Sequence record: CP033547.1
Length of the DNA: 64,000 nucleotides
Reading direction: 5' to 3' (one strand)
Source of the DNA: a plasmid
Made by a program: the position numbers and the translations under genes. The notes beneath the pieces were generated by a model. That model was not told the origin of the DNA. It did not search any database and was given only the letters and a program-made list of their open reading frames with translations. Each line of letters opens with the position of its first letter. Positions within the stretch are counted from its first letter, which is position 1. Shown here in pieces: positions 21,647 through 31,316 of the stretch.

Positions 21647-23130
21647 TGTTATTCCCAAGTAGAAATGTCCTACCTAATAACCAAATAGAAATGTCCTATA
21701 TGGACATTTCCAAGTCAAGCACAGGATTTAGATTTCGTTGTTCAATCGCTGTTTTCTGTGCTTGTCTACGTGGCATCTTTTGAGAACGATTGCGTTTGTT
21801 TTGGTGTTCCAGTTGTTCATGCTGTTGTTGAATATGTGCCAGCACAGAACCCAAACGTTTATTCTCAACGATCTCTCGCTGGTTGAGCTGACTTAATTTA
21901 TCAAAGATGCTGTAATTGATTTTTCTTCCCTGATATTCAATGGCTACAGTACCATCCGGATATTCCAAGGAACTCAAGATACTTGCCGCCCAATCTTTGA
22001 TTTTTCTTCGCTGTTTTCCAAGATATATACGCATTTATCATAAGTAATCGTCAAGCTGTTCGTGACCCTGCGGGGTTCACGCCAGGTAAAAACATCATCT
22101 AATTCTTCGGCTGTTTCAGCGATAGGCCGATGTAGATCCTTGGAATTAAAAGCCATCTTGGCGAATTTACGATTAAATTGCTCAATAAAGCACGGCAGCC
22201 ACTTATTGGCATCTGCAATTGAACTGATGCCTTCTAGACGCATCTCCTTAATCAGACGATCCTGAAGTGTTCTATTCGCTCGTTCTACACGACCTTTGGC
22301 TTGAGGGGAGTTAGCGAAAATGATATCGATATTGAGAGTGCTCAGAACACGTCCAAACTGGGTAATCTTGGTGTCTTTCTTGCTACTTTGATTCACCCTA
22401 AAAACTGAATGTTTGTCACTGTAAAATGCCAATGGCTTACCATGCTGTTCGATATATAAACGTGTCGAAATCATATAGTCAAAGGCTGACTCTGACGCAC
22501 AGAAGCGTAAATGCTGCAATTTTCCTGTGGCATCATCGATGAATACTAGCAGACAGCATTTAGGTGCTCGACCTTCAAACCAATCATGGTGTGAGCCATC
22601 AATTTGGATCAATTCACCATAACAATCTCGGTTATAACGAGGCTGATATGGTCGTTTCAGGCGCTTGCAGCGAGGGATCCATAAATCGGCTGCAATCATC
22701 CAGGAACGCAGGGTTTCTACTGAAAGATCGAATCCATGCACGGTGGTGAGCTTTTCATGCGCTAAAGTGGGTCCGAAACCATAAAGTTGATCTGAAACAA
22801 TATTGAGACACTTAAGTCTGAGTTCTTCAGGAAGTTTAGAATTGCTGATTTGGCCACGACCGGCATGGGCTAATGCAGCGGGACCTTGAGCTTTGTATTT
22901 CTGCAGTAAGCGTCTGATGTGACGTTCTGAGATATGAAGTAGCTGAGCAGCCTGGGATTGAGTTATACGTTGATCACAGATTTCTTGCAAGACCGACAAT
23001 CGTTTAAGTTCTTTATCCGACATAGACACCAACATATCAAACCGTCCGCTAAGGAAATTGCAAAAGCGCATATTCTAAAAGCGGACATTTTTACTTTGGA
23101 GAAACCGGACATTTCTATTTTGGGCTTACA
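21647..23130 (-). mobile_element. IS copy C (same ISNCY/IS1202-like element, 1484 bp), flanked by AAGATT duplication; least damaged copy
   Basis: AAGATT at 21641-21646 and 23131-23136; same terminal sequences as copies A/B. Confidence 0.85.
21696..23071 (-). CDS. IS transposase (~470 aa; N-terminal HTH, DDE/rve integrase core), one frameshift at ~22000 (extra T)
   Basis: MRFCNFLSGRFDMLVSMSDKELKRLSVLQEICDQRITQSQAAQLLHISERHIRRLL...IQIDGSHHDWFEGRAPKCCLLVFIDDATGKL... Confidence 0.8.
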
Positions 23131-23136
23131 AAGATT

Positions 23137-23164
23137 GCTTCACATAAGAGATTTTATGTTAAAT
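23137..23164. other. pdif site (XerC-spacer-XerD): GCTTCACATAA GAGATT TTATGTTAAAT
   Basis: dif-like 11-6-11 immediately after TSD of IS copy C. Confidence 0.7.
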
Positions 23165-23762
23165 GTCTTTTTTCATTGCTCTCTGAACTGTTGCAATACC
23201 TACAAACAAAATAAACGCAATCGTTCTCAAAAGATGCCAAGCAGACGTGCACAGAAAACAGTAATCAAAGAACGAAATCTGAATCCTGTGCTTGACTTGG
23301 AAATGTCTGTATAGGACATTTCTACTTGGGAATAACATCATCATGCTATATAAGTATTTAACCGTATTCTTTTATTTTTTGGCGCACCATGTATATAGAT
23401 ACAAAAAAAAGCAATTATTGGATAAATTAATATAGCTCCACCTGCTCGACCATCTACGGATGGAGATAAGGACATGCTTAAAACAATAAATACAATAAGA
23501 TATAAAATATAACATGTTCCCCAAGTTAATAATCCAAAGAGTATAGGGAAACAAAATTTTGAAATAACTCCAAAGGGCTTCGATCTTTTATAGAGATGCT
23601 TTTCAAAAGATTATTCGAAATATTAACAGCAACAATTGTCATAAATAGATTAAAAAGCAGAAAATAAAGCATACTAAAAATTAAATATGAAAAATAATTT
23701 ATTATATATTAGTTGATTAAATTTAACATTAATTAAAATATACGTTTAAAGATAAGCAATAA

Positions 23763-23790
23763 AAAACCCCGACATCCTGTCGGGGTTTTT
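23763..23790. terminator. Bidirectional rho-independent terminator AAAAACCCCGACATCCTGTCGGGGTTTTT
   Basis: Perfect GC-rich stem flanked by A-run and T-run. Confidence 0.55.
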
Positions 23791-24193
23791 CGTGTTTGGT
23801 TGCAAGGTATAACTCCTGTCGTACCTAACCATCCTTGTGCTGATCTTTCTTATTCTTATTGTTTGGAGCTTCCTGCTCTCTATGACTTCATCATAAGAAA
23901 TAACGCTTTGATCAGCTAGAAGCAGATTCCTTAAATTACTGTACGTCAAAGCGTACAAAACTGGCTTAAAAATAGCCCCCAGATTTATCCGCAGAAATTG
24001 TGGATTTTTTTCAGGCTGAAAGCCTTATAGATTGTAGGTGATTTTCTGTTTTGAGTGTTTTTAAGCAAAACTGTTGGCAAAAATATCAAAACCGCTCACA
24101 AAAAAAGCCGACTATTTCAAAGTCGGCTTTTTGGGCATTTTGGATTTTTATGATTTAAATAAGTATCTGATTTTTATATTAATATACGAGTGT

Positions 24194-24221
24194 ATTGCGT
24201 ATAAGCACCATTATGTTAAAT
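24194..24221. other. pdif site (XerC-spacer-XerD): ATTGCGTATAA GCACCA TTATGTTAAAT
   Basis: dif-like 11-6-11. Confidence 0.7.
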
Positions 24222-24290
24222 AGACAGTGAATTAGTGGAAAAATCCAGTTATTGTGAAGCGTGGATAAGAGATTTTATGTCGAGCAATGA

Positions 24291-24776
24291 TTACCTATCA
24301 ACAAAGTATTCAGATAAAGTCTGTTTCCATTGAGATTGTATCTCTTTATTCTTATCTCTATATTTCTCAATACATTTCATAAGGTTATATCTATTTTTTG
24401 TACAAATAGTATCTGCTATTTTACTTAATACATCTATTTGATAAGGAATAGTTAGGCCAAATTTCTCAAGGAGAATATCTATTTCTGGTAAAAATAATCT
24501 GACTAATTCTTCATTAGATTTATTAAATTTGTTTTTAAATTCTTGAGGAATACATGAATTTCCTATGCGATCATAAATTTCAGGATTTTGAACATAATGC
24601 TTATTTTCCAATATAAGGCCTTTGTATCTAAGATACTCAATATCAATTTTTGATAAATCTTGCTCAAGAAAATAATAACAAGTCCATTTTATTTGTGATA
24701 AATGAGTTAATTCAACAAATTGGAATGGTCTCTCAATATATATTCCCGTATTATTTATTATTTCACTAATAAACAA
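24291..24776 (-). CDS. Hypothetical protein (161 aa), downstream of and co-oriented with the CBASS-like operon
   Basis: ORF only; no recognisable domain. Confidence 0.35.
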   Translation of the reverse strand: MFISEIINNTGIYIERPFQFVELTHLSQIKWTCYYFLEQDLSKIDIEYLRYKGLILENKHYVQNPEIYDRIGNSCIPQEFKNKFNKSNEELVRLFLPEIDILLEKFGLTIPYQIDVLSKIADTICTKNRYNLMKCIEKYRDKNKEIQSQWKQTLSEYFVDR

Positions 24777-24814
24777 TATAAAATTAATATGATTCTTATT
24801 TAGATATTTTAGAG

Positions 24815-24918
24815 TAGACCTCTTGCGAAAGTATTATTTTTGACTATTTTAGACTTTGATATTTATTTAAAAATCAACGTTTATCACTGATTAAATTTTG
24901 ACTAACGCAAGAGGTCTA
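24815..24918. repeat. MITE-like 104-bp element with 13-bp terminal inverted repeats TAGACCTCTTGCG...CGCAAGAGGTCTA; same left end as IS5-family remnant at 31033
   Basis: TAGACCTCTTGCGAAAGTA at 24815 and 31033; inverted copy at 24903-24918. Confidence 0.6.
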
Positions 24919-25093
24919 TATATTATTGGGGATATTAAAGTGAAGAGAGTCGCTGAGACTTATACAACTTAAAAAATATTTATGTATGCCGACCTTATTT
25001 AAAACAAAAAGACTCTTAATTAAAAAAAACAATATATTTATTTTAACAATTAACTGCTTCGTTAATTAGTCATTTAATCTAACTAAAGAATAT

Positions 25094-26167
25094 CTACAAA
25101 GTCGGTTTCTCTTCAATAGATGAAGTATTAGAACTTTCTGAAAATTTACCATTATGTAATTTTTCAAAGCAATGTGGACAGGTGTCTCGAGCCACTAATT
25201 TCATATCATTAATTTTTCTACCAGTGTAACCAATACTGTAACGAGTAAAATAGTTATTTTCTAATTGATTAGAATTTCTCCATTCTAAAAGAAGATCGAT
25301 TGCTAAACCCGCCACAGATAGACTGGATGAAACTGAATAAGGAGTATATGCAGCGCAAGGTCCCAAGCCCATAACTTTTTTATAGTCCTTATTCCCTAGA
25401 GGGTCTAAATCATCTTTATAATCCTGTATTCCAGATTGATGCAAACAACTAATACATCCACCTTTACTCTCATAATCGGAAGGAGTATTCATCAATGCTT
25501 GCACACATTCTCCATTGCCATATATCCATAAATGTAAAAGGTGTGGCCTATCATGTGCAGGTATTTGAATTATCTTTTCATTTAAATACTCTGCGATTTC
25601 AACTTGTCCAGTAGAATCTACTATTAAATCATATTCGTCAAAATTACTAATTGTATTTACACTTTTTTCTACAGAGTGAATGAAAAGTCCATTATTACCA
25701 ACCTGCTCTTTAATATATTCGATTATTGCATTTGCTTTATTTAATCCAATATACTTTTTCCCTAATATATGTCTTCCTATATTTTCAAGTTTAAGGTCAT
25801 CATAATCACAAACACTAAAACAACCTGTTTCCATACCAGCACCAATTTTAACTAATGCATCTGCAACATATCCTCCGATTGCACCTGCTCCAATTTGTAA
25901 AATTTTCAGATTCGTTAAATTATTGTTTTTAATACCTTCTATATTTCTATTAATTAATTCTTGCATACAGTAACTCTTTATATAAACAGGTAACACCATC
26001 TCCCTCAATATTTCCGATAATATTCTCACATTCCCTTTTAACAATTTATAATATTTACTCTTCCATTCTACAAAAAATGAAAAAAAATGATTCTCAAAGA
26101 CCAAAGAAACGAATATTTTTTTATCGGATTTAAATTTATTTAAATTTCTTTTTAAAACAAAAAACAA
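25094..26167 (-). CDS. cap2: E1-like (ThiF/MoeB-family) adenylyltransferase, Cap2-like
   Basis: Rossmann GAGAIGG, two CxxC (GCISCLHQ, CPHCF); 357 aa; ORF 26271..26570 upstream may be its N-terminal (E2?) part. Confidence 0.7.
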   Translation of the reverse strand: MFFVLKRNLNKFKSDKKIFVSLVFENHFFSFFVEWKSKYYKLLKGNVRILSEILREMVLPVYIKSYCMQELINRNIEGIKNNNLTNLKILQIGAGAIGGYVADALVKIGAGMETGCFSVCDYDDLKLENIGRHILGKKYIGLNKANAIIEYIKEQVGNNGLFIHSVEKSVNTISNFDEYDLIVDSTGQVEIAEYLNEKIIQIPAHDRPHLLHLWIYGNGECVQALMNTPSDYESKGGCISCLHQSGIQDYKDDLDPLGNKDYKKVMGLGPCAAYTPYSVSSSLSVAGLAIDLLLEWRNSNQLENNYFTRYSIGYTGRKINDMKLVARDTCPHCFEKLHNGKFSESSNTSSIEEKPTL

Positions 26168-26270
26168 TTAGGATCAATATCATTAATAAATAAAAACATT
26201 TTCCCTAATGTTATCTCCCCCTCCCTATTAAAGTAATTTGACAATAAAGGAATATTATCTTTAAAAACTT

Positions 26271-26570
26271 TCAACAAAATAAAATCAAAATCAATCGTTT
26301 TTGACATTTATTATCTTTAGTAGAAATATATGTTAAAGGTAGATTCTGAAAACTCCCATTATTATTTAACTCCACAAATAAGTTTTCAGAACTATACTTT
26401 TTCTCAAACTCATTTGAAAATATCATCCACATTGGAATTATTTCTTTTCTCAACTCTTTCATAAAAATTGAGGGATTCATTAATTCTAATATTACATGTT
26501 TAAATTGGCTTTCCAGAAAACATATAACATCTACCAGATTCTTTCTATTAATTTCTATTTTGTCATGCAA
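26271..26570 (-). CDS. Hypothetical 99-aa ORF between JAB and E1 genes (possibly N-terminal portion of Cap2 separated by frameshift)
   Basis: ORF only; contains Cys (DVICFLES) but no clear UBC motif. Confidence 0.3.
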   Translation of the reverse strand: MHDKIEINRKNLVDVICFLESQFKHVILELMNPSIFMKELRKEIIPMWMIFSNEFEKKYSSENLFVELNNNGSFQNLPLTYISTKDNKCQKRLILILFC

Positions 26571-26882
26571 GGCATAGCAAAAATTATAGGCTTTTTATTC
26601 AAATAAGTAAAATGAGAATCAATTGAAAAATGAGGCAAAGGGAAAATAAAATGTTTAATCCTTTTATTTACTTCCAATTAAATCATCTTCAAACAAATAC
26701 ACTCTTGGAGGATTAATAAAATCCCAATCCAAAAAAAAATACACCTAATCTTATATTGAATCCAGATACAACAATATTTTTCACCCATAAACTATTGTAA
26801 AACCGTTTTTTTAAATTTGTATCATAGGGATCCACTAGATTATAACCTAGCTGTGTAAGATATTGAGCACATGAAGCGGGAA

Positions 26883-27383
26883 TCAAAGCGTATCCCCCTC
26901 ATAAACTCTTAAAGCATAATATTTTTTATTTAAAAGTAAACTAAACCAATCTTCTTTATAACTTTTGTTTCCTGCTATCCATAGTAACTTAGGAAGCTCA
27001 TTAAATTTCCCATTACTAATAAGTTGACTCCACCCTTGATAATCACAATTAGAAGGCCGTGGTTGTGGTTCTGGATGAGTATGCCATTCGCCTATATATT
27101 GTAATATCCCATTTGAAATTTCATGTACCTTGTTTAAATAACTTTGATGTTTTGTAGACTTTCTATGAAAGCTATAAATAGTTCTTTCATCATCATCTGC
27201 TGGAGAACTAATATCGATTACCCTTAATGATTTACTACGTATTTCACCAATAATTATTCCACACGCCTCAGCTTTTTGAGCATCTGCAAACTGTCTGTGA
27301 AGATGAATTAAATGAAGTGCACTATCTGTTAAGTGCACTTCAAATCTTAGTTCATCAGAATAAAGATGCAAGCCCAACTTCAC
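26883..27383 (-). CDS. cap3: JAB/MPN+ (JAMM) metallopeptidase, Cap3-like
   Basis: JAMM motif E...HTHPEPQPRPSNCD (HxHx7Sx2D); GTG start overlaps upstream stop (GTGA). Confidence 0.8.
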   Translation of the reverse strand: MKLGLHLYSDELRFEVHLTDSALHLIHLHRQFADAQKAEACGIIIGEIRSKSLRVIDISSPADDDERTIYSFHRKSTKHQSYLNKVHEISNGILQYIGEWHTHPEPQPRPSNCDYQGWSQLISNGKFNELPKLLWIAGNKSYKEDWFSLLLNKKYYALRVYEGDTL

Positions 27384-28563
27384 CCACCCCTTGTAGGTTC
27401 AATTATTGCTGGGGACGTAGCTTGATATGGCAATTCCTGATTAGCATTCTCAATAACCACATAACTTTCATTGTCAGGAATTCTTTTTCCGAATTGGCTT
27501 CGCAGAAAACCAATTGAAGTTTTAGGTGATTCAATATCAATAGCTACTGAAACTGCGCTAAGTAAATCTTTAGCTAAATCATGCGCTTCTTGTCTTTCCT
27601 CTTTAGGAATTCTATTGAAGTCTTCATCTGTATGTTCAGGAATAGAAGGTTCTTTGACTGGCCCAAGTAATGCCTTTGGGAGATGTCTTAAAACATGCAA
27701 TAAAAGCAAGATCATCTCTATCTTTAACATATTGATAATTTTGATTTGCTATAATCATCAGCAATATTGAGCTTGGCCCTCCACCATCTTTATATTCTTG
27801 ATCTCGCCAAGCTTTAAGATAACGAGCAATATATCTTAATTGCCGACCATTATCTTCTTGATCAGCCAAAAAATCTGCATACCATTTACGAATTAACTCA
27901 CAGTCACTATCTTTCCAATTACCATCACGTAAAGCCATATGGATTTTAGTAATGTAATGTAATTCGATGATTTTCGCTTCACTTTCAAAGCTTTCAGTTG
28001 CGTAGTGATAACCCTTGAATACATATTCATCTTTGGCAATTGTTGCTTTTGCCTCATCTAGAATCATATTGTTTCTTTCAACTAAGCTATCGAACATTGG
28101 ATCAGGTACAATATAAAGAGGTACATCCATATGTGCATTGCCTTTCAATATAAGTCGGCAACAAGTATTTTTATCTTTACATAGTTTCCAACCCTCACTA
28201 TCAGCCAAAGGTTGCAATAACGTTTCCACTGCCAAATAATATGATTTAGCTACCTTATCAGAACGTCCCTGAGCTAATAAAGAATTTGGAAGGTACACAC
28301 CATAATCAACATCCATTTCTTGTGTAGGGTATGCTGGCTGGTTACAAGTACCATAAGCCCAAGATCCTTGAAGACGGAATTTTGGCTTAACAAGATTTGG
28401 ATCGCCTCCATTCTCTACAATGAAATTTGCCATACCTTGCTTCCAGCGTGGCTCTTACCTTTTGACGACACGCATTTAAATAATCACGCTGATCATTTGT
28501 AGGCTTAATTTGTGTAATAAAGCCGTCATCTCTAGCTCTAAAAGTTCTGTGTAAATTACTACC
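27380..28563 (-). pseudogene. cdn: cGAS/DncV-like nucleotidyltransferase (CD-NTase/SMODS), two frameshifts (near 27700 and 28440)
   Basis: GS...DxD motif: RLQGSWAYGTCNQPAYPTQEMDVDYGVYLP, third acidic HMDVPLY; N-terminal MGSNLHRTFRARDDGFITQIKPTNDQRDYLNACRQKVRATLEA in adjacent frame. Confidence 0.7.
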
Positions 28564-29583
28564 CATTTAATTTATCTCCCCCTACATTTTTTTGTGGCCC
28601 ATCAAACCATTCTCTTTTTCTAGAAGGCTGATTAAAATAATTTCGTATAAAATCTTTGCCCAATGCAACTTTTGCAGATTGAATTCCATTTCCTTCAAGT
28701 ACTTGCTTAGCAGCATCACTTGTTTCATCTAGTCCAATAAATTGGGCTGATGCTTGCACGATCTGTTCGTCGATTTTGTAAAATTGGTTTGGAAATGGTT
28801 CCATTCTATGCTTAACCATTTGTTCCATAAATTGTTGCTGGCTACTCAAAACTAGATCAATAATATTTGGAGCTGCCTTAAGGATAGACCCCTCACCCCA
28901 ATCTAGGTATCCACCATCTTTTTTTTGTACTTGGATTAAGCTGCTTTTTTGACGATAAAGTACCAATCGAAAGAATGTGTACATCTTGAATATTCTTTTT
29001 AAACATATAATCAGCTTCATGTAAGCCAATCAAGCTAGGATCATTAGCAAAAAGCCCACCATCTACATATTCATTTGGACCAATCGGATGTCGTGGAAAA
29101 TAAGTAGGCGCTGCAGATGTAGCTAAAGCTACATCAACTATTTTTAATTTCCAATCACGTTTCAGATTTGGATTATGTGGTGTTTTCAGGGTTACAGGAC
29201 TGCCTCGTGTGAAATCAATTGTAGGAATAACTACAGGACATTTGAGATCTCCTAAAATTGAATCTCCGAACCACTCTTCTAAGACAGTTTTCAATGATTC
29301 ATTAGAGTATTTTGAACCTGTAAATTTAAGAAAAGGCTTAGGCTGAAATATTTTATCACCGTGTGATTTAAACAAATCAACGATAGCTTCAACTTTTATT
29401 CCATAAGCAATTGCCAACGCGACTATACCACCGACAGAGGTACCGGTTATTAGATCAAAACAATCAGCTATAGAGTCGTGTCCATTTTCTTTAGCTTCTT
29501 GCTCTAATTCTTTTAAAACTGTTGCAGTGAATAACCCTCGATATCCCCCCTCCTGATAGAGCTAGGATTTGAAATTTTTCCAT
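28559..29583 (-). pseudogene. capV: Patatin-like phospholipase effector (CapV-like), frameshifts (G6 run ~29555; ~29025)
   Basis: MEKFQILALSGGG(Y)RG oxyanion motif, GTSVGG (GxSxG), DGGLFANDP (DGG). Confidence 0.75.
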
Positions 29584-29932
29584 TTTTGTTGAACTTATAA
29601 TATGAATTACTTTTTTTTTATGAGGCCATTTGTGTGAATTTCAACCCATTTTTTGAAAAAAAATTTATATTTTTGTTGGTTTTGTTGCATAAACATTTTG
29701 CAAGGTACTGATTTTTTAAAGGTTTGCGCAGAATTTCAACCTAAGAATAAATTTAATAAAATCATATTCTTAGGTATTTATGCAACAAAGCCTTTTTGTT
29801 TGCAAGAGCTACTTATATGCACTGCTATTATATTGAGTAATATATTTCTAAAAATTAAGATGGAGTTTTACTCTTATAACAAATAAAATTTAGTAACAAT
29901 ATATTTTTTATAATTTAATTTAGGTATATCTA

Positions 29933-30379
29933 GTGACACATTCAGTCGATCGACTCATACATAACTCACTTAAAGAAATATGTAAAAAATGTAAAGAAGA
30001 TTTTTCAGGCTTAGCGATAGTTTGTTATGAGGATTTAAGTCACCTTCCCTATATAAGCTTACATAAAGAACAATTTTTTACCGATTTTGATTTAAAAAAT
30101 ATTAATGAAACCTTACTGAGAATATCTACTTATTCTTCAGCCTACCATGATGGATTTCATTTCTATGATATTAACTCTAAAAAATTAACCCATATTTCTC
30201 AATTCATCTCCCCTCCGTTAGAGTCTGTAGCATATATGAATATTGAAAATATCATTCCTTGCGGTGCTCGTGAGATGACAGCTTACTTAACATCGAGTAT
30301 TCAAGGAATATTTTGTGTAGGCCTGATCAGTGCCAATAAGACTATAAAAGTTTTTAAAAACAACTCAATTGTTAAATAA
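29933..30379 (+). CDS. Hypothetical 148-aa soluble protein, divergent from CBASS operon
   Basis: ORF only. Confidence 0.35.
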   Translation: MTHSVDRLIHNSLKEICKKCKEDFSGLAIVCYEDLSHLPYISLHKEQFFTDFDLKNINETLLRISTYSSAYHDGFHFYDINSKKLTHISQFISPPLESVAYMNIENIIPCGAREMTAYLTSSIQGIFCVGLISANKTIKVFKNNSIVK

Positions 30380-30390
30380 CGGGTAAGTGC

Positions 30391-31032
30391 ATGAGTTTTT
30401 TAGTACTAAAATTTAATGAGCTAACAAAAATAATTTACTTATTTGTAGGACTTACTGGTGTATTTATTGGATTAATACAATTTGTTAATTGGCTTGTTGC
30501 TGGAAGTCTAACTTTACTCCAATCTCTAACCCCTTCCATTACCGTATCACTTTTTATCTTAGGCTTACTTCTTAGAACAGTTACAATTAAGCATAAGTTT
30601 TTAAGTATTATTATTGGCAAGCCAATTATACATGGATTATGGAAAGGGAATTTGACGAGCAATTTTGAGGTAAATGGACAAAAAATTCCTCCAATTGAAA
30701 TCTATTTCTTCATAAAGCAGACTTTCTTAATAACCACCATCAAATCTTACACCTCACATCAGGCATCTGAATCAATCATTACAGCTTTGTCCCACAATAA
30801 AGACAGTGAAATTTCTGATTTTATCTATATTTATAAGTTTTATCGGACAAAACATAGTGAAAATAAGGTGACTTTCGGTAGTGGAAATTTAAGACTAATC
30901 AACCAAGGACAAACTTTGGAAGGCTTCTATTGGACTACTGCAAATACATGCGGTGAAATCGAGTTAAATTTGATAGAACGTAATTGTGAAAGCATAGACT
31001 CCTATCAACTAGCAAAGCAACATGATAAATAA
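30391..31032 (+). CDS. Hypothetical 213-aa protein with two N-terminal TM helices and beta-rich C-terminus (Cap15/S-2TMbeta-like architecture)
   Basis: IIYLFVGLTGVFIGLIQFVNWLVAG and ITVSLFILGLLLRTV hydrophobic helices then soluble domain. Confidence 0.4.
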   Translation: MSFLVLKFNELTKIIYLFVGLTGVFIGLIQFVNWLVAGSLTLLQSLTPSITVSLFILGLLLRTVTIKHKFLSIIIGKPIIHGLWKGNLTSNFEVNGQKIPPIEIYFFIKQTFLITTIKSYTSHQASESIITALSHNKDSEISDFIYIYKFYRTKHSENKVTFGSGNLRLINQGQTLEGFYWTTANTCGEIELNLIERNCESIDSYQLAKQHDK

Positions 31033-31316
31033 TAGACCTCTTGCGAAAGTAAAAAATGCCTCAATATAGATTTCATGAGATATGAGAAATTAAACCGTTT
31101 TTCAGATTCTGAATTTAAGCGCTTGGTTGGTGTACCTCGACCAGTTTTTACTGGAAGTGGTCGATGTTTTAGAAAAAGCAGAATCACTTAAAAAGAAATC
31201 AGGTCGTCCTCATACTTTAGCTATAGAGGATCAATTATTATTAACGCTCAATTACTTACGCAACTACAACACTCAACTAGAATTGGCGGCATACTACCAT
31301 ATCGCTGAAAGTAATG
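31033..31316 (+). mobile_element. Truncated IS5-family element (IRL TAGACCTCTTGCGAAAGTA plus transposase N-terminus 31075..31316), cut by IS3-family insertion
   Basis: MRYEKLNRFSDSEFKRLVGVPRPVF...LEVVDVLEKAESLKKKSGRPHTLAIEDQLLLTLNYLRNYNTQLELAAYYHIAESNVNR typical IS5/DDE_Tnp_1 N-terminus. Confidence 0.6.
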
